Origin: Chrysomallon squamiferum
Taxonomy: Eukaryota; Animalia; Mollusca
Length of the DNA: 64,000 nucleotides
Reading direction: 5' to 3'
Assembly (NCBI GenBank): GCA_012295275.1
Contig: CM022670.1
Coordinates: forward strand, 20,646,001 to 20,710,000
Shown: positions 55,168-64,000 of the stretch, in pieces
Layout: each line of letters opens with the position of its first letter
Numbering within the stretch: the first letter of the stretch is position 1
Program-made: the position numbers and the translations under genes
The notes under the pieces: generated by a model
What the model was told of the DNA's origin: nothing
What the model saw: the letters and a program-made list of their open reading frames with translations, nothing else
The model's database searches: none

Positions 55168-56664
55168 TTACTTAATAATGCGAGAATTACCATAGTAAAT
55201 ATATCTAAATAATTCACCAACGGTATTATTTAATGTTTTTATCATTTCAGAATTGTAATTCAGCTTTCGAAACTTAAACCAGAAATGAATGATATAGTTG
55301 TTCTTTTTCCAGTCAAACTTTTCCCCGGTACCATAAAGTTGGTTCATTCCTTTTTTGTCATAATTAGGACGACAGATAGATGATTTTTCTGTATGAATTA
55401 AATTTTTGTATTTGATAGCTAACTGGGCTGGAAGCTGAATCGAATGTTGGTTCCAGACTTTGTCATTAAACGTTGAGTAATTCGAATGCCATATCTTCAT
55501 GAAGTCAGACCAAGGTGCAGCAATGAGCACACCATTGCACAACCACCGTCATTTTCGTATCCCATTTCGTATTTCGGTAAAGGATCCAAATTTTTAACAA
55601 CAATCGAATCCAAATCAAAATACATTCCTCCAAATTCTAGCACAGCTTCCAGCCGCAAGACATCATAGATATGTTGCGGAACTTTTACCATAAATTTATT
55701 TTCGTCGCATTTCTTTAAAATATTTTCCTTTTGGAATGCAATCAATCCATAAATATATTCGGTCAGGTTGCAACTGTTTCTGTGCTGCTAAAAATGCTAT
55801 CATGTAATGAAACAGAAAAGGTTTCTGTTCCGGATCAAGACAGGAAAGCCAGATGAAGTGTATAAAATTTAGAACAACTCGTCGATCGTGTTTTATAGTT
55901 TTGTTATAATTCAATTGTGATGTTAGTATTTGTTTAAAAGTTTTATTCCTGTTGTAGATATAAAATTCCACAGATTTATTTTCTTTGCATATGTTGGGTT
56001 CCAAACATAAATAATTATTTTGTTTGGAAACTCCAGAATAGTTTTTTCTTACATCTTGCTTAGAATCTTGGAAAGTCTCGAATACAGTTTTCTTTAAGAC
56101 ATTTTCGAAGTTGACATTCGAATTCAGAACGAGATAAACCAAAACAGATATTATTATTAAATTAGAGAATATAATTTTGAATAATTTTCTTTCGCAAGTT
56201 ACCGTGCTAGAGTTAAAGAAAAATACATTTTGGGGGTTTCATATCTCCACATTATATAGTAACAAAAAATTATTTTTATCTTTTAGAAACAACGTAGTAA
56301 ATAGTAGATTCTAAAAATAATTATTTTTAATAATACTGAAGAAGAAAGGTCTGATTTTTTAGACCATAGGAAACAATCTCTTTGTTAACGTAATTTTCAT
56401 TCGTCTGTCAACAACAGGACATATATATATTCTACAAATATTTATGATAATATGTCACAAGAAAATGTAAAACTGGTTCAACTTAGGATATAACTGATTA
56501 ACTTTCCCAATCTTATTATTAGAAATATATATTATTATAATTAATGTAAAAAAAGTAAATCTTACGTTTACTGGATGTTATTATATTTTAATTATGTTCA
56601 AAATACGCATGTTCAAATGAATACAAAACATAATAATTATGTTAACGCTTGTTACCTGATTCAT
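55168..56664 (-). pseudogene. GT32 copy E, near full-length but with multiple frameshifts
   Basis: Split over ORFs 55696-56142, 55497-55745 and 55168-55542, with an 11-nt deletion just after the acceptor (56206). The MNQ exon (56656-56664) and promoter are retained. Confidence 0.88.
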
Positions 56665-56871
56665 CCTAGAATGTTTTGAATACATGCTGATGTAAAACCC
56701 AGGTCAGAATACTAATGCAGTTTTTGCTCAGAACTCCGAACACATCTGTTTTCAATGAAAAATTCTAAACAGGTCACTTTATACTTGTTACAAATATGAA
56801 TATGTTCAAAAATAAATTATAGATACAGACTAACAGATGGAATTTAAATTAATTATTCTGAATATTCTAGA

Positions 56872-57223
56872 CATGGGGTGCGCAACCTGCGACCGTGGGA
56901 AGGATGTCGCCTCATCGAATTTAAAATCTCATTTGAAACGAGGCTGCGTGTCAGTATAAACATTCATACACCATTAGTTTCCTCGGACTGTTGTTTGATG
57001 CCGTACACAACAAGGCATCCAGTATTCATTTTCAGATCCGAGGCTTTTAAAGTTGTTATTTAATAAAAGTAATAAATAGTATCAAGTCACAGTGATTCAT
57101 TGTTAGAAAATTATACAAAATCATATATGTTACGCTTTCAATTTTAATGAAATTTGTGCGGCCGTACTGGCAGTGACGTTAAAGCTTTGCGGCCTATAAG
57201 ATCAGAAAGTTTGCGTATCCCTG
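56872..57223 (+). mobile_element. hAT/Charlie-type MITE (paralogous position)
   Basis: Same TIRs and flanks as the 39001 copy. Confidence 0.7.
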
Positions 57224-57743
57224 TTCTGGTAAATCAGTACCTTTAATACTTAATTAAGAAACAATTTACTCAGAAACCCTCTTGTGTGTATATGGGTTGT
57301 ACATGGTTTTTGTAAAAAAATGTGACGTTGAAAATTGTTTTACATCATTATTGCATCAAGCAAATATTATAAACGTGTATTTACAAAGCATTATTCCTGC
57401 TGACAAAAATCAGTAATATGTTGTGAAAACTTGTTTAGAGGAACGTTATCTGACCATTTGTCAGTCTTTTTGCTCTTAACATTATTTTACTCACCCTTTC
57501 CTTAACAGTTACCAGTATCCGTTTCCACTCTTGGTTACATCTCCTTATCGAAATATTGATTATATTCAGTTTTCTGGATAATTTTATTGCCTTCGATATG
57601 CCCACTTTTAATAAAAAGACTATTAGTTAAGGTACAACATGTGAATTTGTTTTCTTTAGACTTTATATCATTTTCGTATTATAACACCTATATAACAGTA
57701 ATCGAGTGATGCGGCTGGTTTTCTATATTTGTTTTTACATTCT

Positions 57744-57758
57744 CGCATGCGCATGCGC
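57744..57758. promoter_or_regulatory. Overlapping NRF1-type palindromes in the putative GT copy E promoter
   Basis: cgcatgcgcatgcgc at the position homologous to 28837. Confidence 0.55.
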
Positions 57759-58536
57759 TTAGTTGTGTAATCTACTTAGCATAATGTTGACAGTTGTTTA
57801 CAATGCGAGAGGTTTTAACATTTGCCTTCTTGTTTATCTACTTAGCATAATGTAGTCAGTTGTGTACATTGTGCCACTAACGCGTGTTCGCTTGAGTAAA
57901 ATGTATTCAAACCGAGATATAATCGGCAAAAATACAAATACACATTTCGGTTATTTTAATCAGTTTCTTTAGTTGAACTACTAGTATCTCGAGATTAATA
58001 AATCTTACAACACAAATGTCTCAGGTCTCCAAGATACGTGAGAAAAATCCGGACCTTTTCAGGATCACATTATTCAAACCTAAAATCCTAAAAAATGTTA
58101 AATATTTTGAGTTTTTTAAATCTTGAAATAGAAGTATAGTGTACTAGTATTGGGATTCTCATCCACCTTACAAAGTTGGGGAGTTATTGTGGGGAGAATT
58201 TTTCTGTTTGTCAGATTTTGCCTTGATCTTTAATAGGATCTATTCTTTGTTTGCTAACTGGCAGGATCTACAGAGTTGACCAGGAAAAGTTTTCTGTTTC
58301 CCCATCATTCGGAAACAGAGCATTGTATTTGCATAATCTTGTTTTGAGATCTGAAATTCATTCTTTAAACCTGAAAACCATGGTCAGCAACAGAAAATAG
58401 CCCTTGATAAACAGAAGTCAGGCATATCATGAAAATTATCGTGCATGTATGTATGCATAAAAGCCTACCTTTCAAGCCTAGAAATTCAAGAAGATTAGAA
58501 AAAAATAATGTTGCTCTTTTGATACCCAGTTATCAT

Positions 58537-59124
58537 TTACTTAATGCGAGAATGACCATAGTAAATATATCTAAATATATCACCAATGGTATTATGTAAT
58601 GTCTCTATCATTTCCGAACTGCAAGTTAGCTTTCGAAACTGAAACCACAAATGTTTCCCCGATGCATACAGTTGATTCATTTTTTTTTTTCAAAAAAATG
58701 TCGGTAAATGATTTCTCTGTATGAATTAAATTTCTGTATTTGATAGCTAACTGGGCTGGAAGCTGAATCGAATGTTGGTTCCAGACTTTGTCATTAAACG
58801 TTGAGTAATTCGAATGCCATAGCTTCATGAAGTCAGACCAAGGTGCGGCTATGAGCACACCATTACAGAAACCGGCGAGCATAATTCTTTTGGAATTTCT
58901 TTCTTAATGAGATAGAGATCATGAATCTTTTGTCGCATGTCTTTAATGTATTTTGATTTTGGAATGTAATCAATCCATACATATATTCGGTCAGGTTGGA
59001 AACGTTTCTGTGCTGATAAAAATGCTATCATGTTATGGAACAGAAAAGGTTTGTGTTTAGTACCAAGACAGTTTAGAATTTTTTCAAAGTATTATTCCTG
59101 TGGTAGATATAACATTCAACAGAT
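58537..59124 (-). pseudogene. GT32 copy F, sister of copy D
   Basis: Shares the main internal deletions and the fusion to the 94-nt element with copy D. Confidence 0.85.
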
Positions 59125-59218
59125 CTCAGTCTCACGTATTACTATTATCCATTCATGACGTTGCCAGTTTTACGTTGTAATTAGTGGTTGTAGCACTGGG
59201 GACGTGGGGCTGTGAATT
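59125..59218. other. 94-nt invariant non-coding element, copy 4
   Basis: Identical to 5389-5482. Confidence 0.6.
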
Positions 59219-59839
59219 ATTTTTACTTGTTATCAGCATTATATTTAAAGTTTTCTTCTTGTGCTTTTCATTGTTATTAACATTATTCTGTATGAATATT
59301 CAACTCTGATAAGTTAATCAAAATATCTATTTTAGTAGGTAATTTAAATATGTTATTTCTCTTTCTTAATTATCTTTTATATTCCTAAAAGCTTCTATCG
59401 TCAAACACAAAGTTATTAGCTAATTTAGTTAACAAAATGTGTATTTGATGGATTTAATAGTCGTCTAATTTTTTTTAGTAGATAATTTAAATATGATGTT
59501 TCTGTTTGTCCATTGTATTCCCATAGGCTTCTATCTTCAAAAACATAATTACATGTTTGAACAAAAATATCATATTAAATATTTGAATAACACATGAAAA
59601 ATAAATCATATGATACAGTCATTGAGTTTGTACTCCATAATTTGAAAATGTTTTATAGGTTATCGTTAATAAGTTTCAGTAATATCTAAAGGTATATCAT
59701 TATTATATACCTGAATGATCTATCCAGTTTATTAATAATGAATACCTGCAATATCTCTATTTCTTTTCTAAAAAACACAACCCCCCACACAGTATCCGTC
59801 TCATCTCGAAATCAAAATCTGAACTAGTAGCTAACTATT

Positions 59840-59898
<59 letters not shown>

Positions 59899-60834
59899 AT
59901 TATTATTATTATTATTAAAAAAAGTACGTAGACAATGGCTGCTTTAATATTTCACTGAAAGCTTTGAAAAATAATTGACAGTATATTTATAAAATGGATA
60001 ATTGCGGATGGACGTTTGTGTTAGTATCCATAGTGTAGAGTAATCTTCAATTTAGGTAAATATTATGTAAATATTATTCTACGATTTGTTTTTCTCAAAA
60101 GGTCAGATAAAACCTTCTGAGATGACTTTCGCTTGAGAATCTTTTCAGATCAACATATTTTACTTCTCATCGTTTAAAATTGAAAAAAAAATAACAATAA
60201 AATAAAATAATAAATAAATAAATAAATAAACCACTGTTCACATTATTAAAACACTGATTATATTTGTAACACAATTCCATAATGATGAAATTTGAAGAGA
60301 GAGAGAGAGAAAGAAAGAAAGAATGAAAACAGAACTGAACGGGAAACTTAATATGAAAATATTAAATTCATTTGTCCTCGTTTTATTTTGAAACGTGAAA
60401 ATAAAGTCCTTTTCTCCACCTGACTAGAAGAAAATTAATGCGAAAAGCTACGATATACATTAGAATGAAAACTCAATTGCTTTGTAAGCTACTGTGCGAT
60501 TAGACATCCTTTTATGAATTATTTATGTTTGTGGTAGCAACAGAACAACACATTTTGTAAAACTTATTGATCAGGCGTAGGCCTAAATTGCAATATAACA
60601 AAACATTTTTTTTTTCTTTTTTAAATGGGTATTTGTGTATATATATATGGCTGTGTTTCTATGTATGCGGCAAAGTAATATTACGTAACAGAATTAACAA
60701 TACAATGAATATACCTTGAGTATACCTGAATTTGTTTAAAACTGAATTTAATCTAGTGTCGAGATTTTGTCTAGTTTTGGTTTTCATCCTGATCTGTAAG
60801 GTTTGTTCAGTTAAAGAGGAATATACAAAGATTA

Positions 60835-60926
<92 letters not shown>

Positions 60927-61168
60927 GGGAGTGTGTGTGTGTGTGTGTACATGGAAAGAGAGACATTTGGAGTTATCTCACCGAATATTATGCATATACA
61001 CATGTGCACTCATAATATATGGTCCATATAGATATATATATTCAGAATATAGTACGTGATGTTCATATTAGTTATGAAATAAAGCAGTGAAACCAACCAT
61101 TATAAAGTGTTTTCTTAATTTGTATTTCAGTATATATATTCTTTTTTTATTCCTTACATAAACATATT

Positions 61169-62206
61169 TCAAGATTTACACCATAAAATATCATGTGCAG
61201 AGCCTTTTCTCAACAATGAGTCTGGATTCAGTGGCACTTTCAGATTTGCTTTTGTGAATGGTTTCATGTTCTTACTTTTTAGAAATTGAATGATTTTCTC
61301 AGCTCTAACAAGATCCATGTCTGTGAATATTAGCATCTCCATTAAAATGTACTTGACATTAACTTCTGTGAAAAATCGCTTTGCTCCTTCTAAAATTTTA
61401 ATTTCGTGTCTTTCGGCATCTATCTTCATAAAAACATTTTTCGTTGGAAATATTTCTAAAACGTCATCGAGTAAAATCGATTCTACTGAGTTTTTTAAGT
61501 TTTCACTTTTATTTGTACTTTCGATGATATATGTTGCACCCATATTGTGTTTATTGAAACCAAAACTGAACCGACTTCGTTTGTTAGAAAAAGCATTGTT
61601 AATTATTAATGGAATGAATCCTGTGAAATTTGCCTCCTGTACAGACCTGCAAAGATTTTTCGCTGTCTCTGGCAAAGCTTCTACTGCCACAACTCGTTTT
61701 CCTATTTTAGCTAGTGTTAGAGCATATACACCCAGATTAGCACCGATGTCTATAAAATCCATGGTCTTGTCTTTTGTCATGATATCAGTGACCATTTTCA
61801 CCAGTTCAGGTTCCCAGCTGCCTTTCTCTATTATTGATCTCGATACAATTCTGTCCGTTTGTTTAGAGTAGACATATATAGGTACATTTCCAGCCATTGT
61901 TTTTAAATTTGTTTTCACGGTGTTGTGTTTATCTGGACAGTCTATATCTGACGGTTTCCACCTGCCGTCATGTCTGACAAGAACAGTGCACGAACAAACG
62001 CCTGTTTTTGTCTTTAACGAAGTAAAATACTGTTTCAGTATGGAATCCGTTGATGACTTCACATTATCTGGAGTGTTGATGCTGGCTGAAAACATGTCCC
62101 AAGGAGAGTTCAGATCAGGCGAATGCCACATCCACATGACAAATAATGTTATTATCATTAACAAAAGCACAATTCGCCATTTTCCCCACACCAACGATTT
62201 ATTCAT
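61169..62206 (-). CDS. FkbM-family methyltransferase with N-terminal signal anchor, copy 4 (intact, 345 aa)
   Basis: Same motifs as copy 3, with 14 aa differences by eye. ATG at 62204-62206. Confidence 0.9.
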   Translation of the reverse strand: MNKSLVWGKWRIVLLLMIITLFVMWMWHSPDLNSPWDMFSASINTPDNVKSSTDSILKQYFTSLKTKTGVCSCTVLVRHDGRWKPSDIDCPDKHNTVKTNLKTMAGNVPIYVYSKQTDRIVSRSIIEKGSWEPELVKMVTDIMTKDKTMDFIDIGANLGVYALTLAKIGKRVVAVEALPETAKNLCRSVQEANFTGFIPLIINNAFSNKRSRFSFGFNKHNMGATYIIESTNKSENLKNSVESILLDDVLEIFPTKNVFMKIDAERHEIKILEGAKRFFTEVNVKYILMEMLIFTDMDLVRAEKIIQFLKSKNMKPFTKANLKVPLNPDSLLRKGSAHDILWCKS

Positions 62207-64000
62207 TTCAAACAAATTAAATTGTATTTTCTTCTATCTGAAAAAGAAAAGGAAAGAATATATATCATATATATACACACATCTAATACTTTAAAAAATG
62301 GATATTTGAATTTTATTTCTCAGATTTTGTTACCAACAATACACATTTAACTGTTGCGTTATGTGAAGTGTAACTATTAGCTGGTGTTGCCGTTATAATA
62401 ATTGTTTTAACTGGAGTGAAAGACGCGGTAGTGATAAATGACAAATTGACTCAATATTTGTTTAACGACACTCCAAAGTAACAATCTGCTGCTGGATGTC
62501 ATTGTATGATCACAGTGTTGATACGTATAACAAAATGTATCAGTGTAAAAAGCTGCTTTATTATATTTTGACCTGTATATAATTAATAAAATCAAAATAA
62601 GAACTATGATCGCCTATATCGCTTAAAATTTGTGATAAAAATTAGCTATAGTACTAACGAAAACAGCAGAACATCAGTGTATTCATTGAGCTATCGAAAA
62701 ATTACAAATAAAACTAAATCGTAATATTTTGTACCTATTAAAATTATTCCTACCCTTTAAAATTACAAATCTATGTAGATATCTTAATAAGATATAAACT
62801 AATGCAAAATAATTTGATTCATTGTCGTCAGTATATTAATTAATGTAAGGTTTCGTTTTCTTTTCCTGAAAATATTCAGAACATTTACAGGGTAGGAACA
62901 ATAGATGGTTGTCCACGACTAACTGAATTTAGACAGACTCATACAGACAGATTCTGAAATTTACCTGATTGTAAACCTGTAACTCATTTTCAAGATATAG
63001 ACTTTCTTGATTATTTTGTTTTTCTGCTTAACCAGGAGAATATATAAACAAGTGTGCTATTATATGCAACATGATGATGATATAGCGATAAACTCAATGA
63101 GCACTAGTAAGGGAGTATCCTGTAAAGGATAGCACAAGACAGAAAAATACGTCAACGTTTTGACATATTTTTCTGTCTTGTGCCATCTTCGAAACATGCT
63201 GAGGTTCGGCCCAACAATGGGACAATTCGGCTACACAATGATACTGATAAAAATACATGAATTAAAAAAATCAGTTTTAGAAAAAAATCTCCGTTCTTTT
63301 TATTTCTTTTGAATATAGTAATCACGCACAGATATTTTCAAATAAATTATTTCACTACATTTGTATTTAAAGAAGATCATCACTTTAAAAAAGTTTAAAT
63401 ATTTTGCTTGATGAAAATAATAAATTAACATTAAACTGTCGTTGGAAATTGGGCTAAAAAGTGCATGAGCTGGTTTCTTTCTTTTCGTTTATTTTTAAAT
63501 TTGTATTTTGTTTTGCTTTGTTTGTTTGTTTGTTGTTGTTGTTTTAGTTACTTCAAATTTTAAAATGTTAAGTATAGAATTGGGCTTTTATGCAAAATTC
63601 AAAATACAAGAAATGAGATAACGCCTTAGGTCGTTTCTAATACCAGTATTTCAGACTGTGTCTTGAGTAATCTTGCTAAGTAAATTTTAGGTTTCGCTGT
63701 ATCATCATGTCGAGTTAGTACTCGCAGGCGTGAATAGCTTTAATAATAATAGGAAAAGATATTGTTATTTAAATGCTATTACGGCAATACTAATGATTCA
63801 GAAGCATATCGTGTTTTTTTTTTTTTGTTGTGTTTAACAAACTATTTAATGATATACTGGTTATACTTTCTTAAGAAAATTTGGATTATTATGTAATATG
63901 TTCTACATAAATTACCGAGAAAAACAACTAGAACGAGAACCAAATAAAATAAAAACAAAAATCCATGAAAATTTGAAAACAGCAGTACATACTATAATCT

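Overview
This is very AT-rich, microsatellite-laden, intron-containing animal genomic DNA. An invertebrate, plausibly a mollusc, is inferred; the taxon cannot be read from the sequence. Two things dominate, both on the minus strand. (1) A tandem birth-and-death array alternates a GT32-family (DXD, A4GALT/A4GNT-like) glycosyltransferase with a membrane-anchored FkbM-family SAM methyltransferase. It holds 2 intact GT genes (26175-27742, 36788-38793), 2 intact MT genes (52150-53187, 61169-62206), 4 GT and 2 MT pseudogenes, small remnants, and a recent ~9 kb tandem duplication at the right end. Both proteins look like type II Golgi enzymes, so the array is a candidate glycan-extension plus glycan O-methylation gene cluster. 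(2) A ~20 kb block (about 6130-25980) between two GT copies carries 11 exons of an otoferlin-type ferlin, including two 18-nt microexons. It shows a frameshift, an AG>GG acceptor, missing exons and substitutions at conserved residues, so it is probably a decayed partial duplicate. Also present: a 94-nt non-coding element identical in four paralogous positions, hAT/Charlie-type MITEs, a THAP-bearing ISL2EU/Harbinger-type element with TIRs, and NRF1-type promoter palindromes. All alignments and counts were done by eye, without tools.
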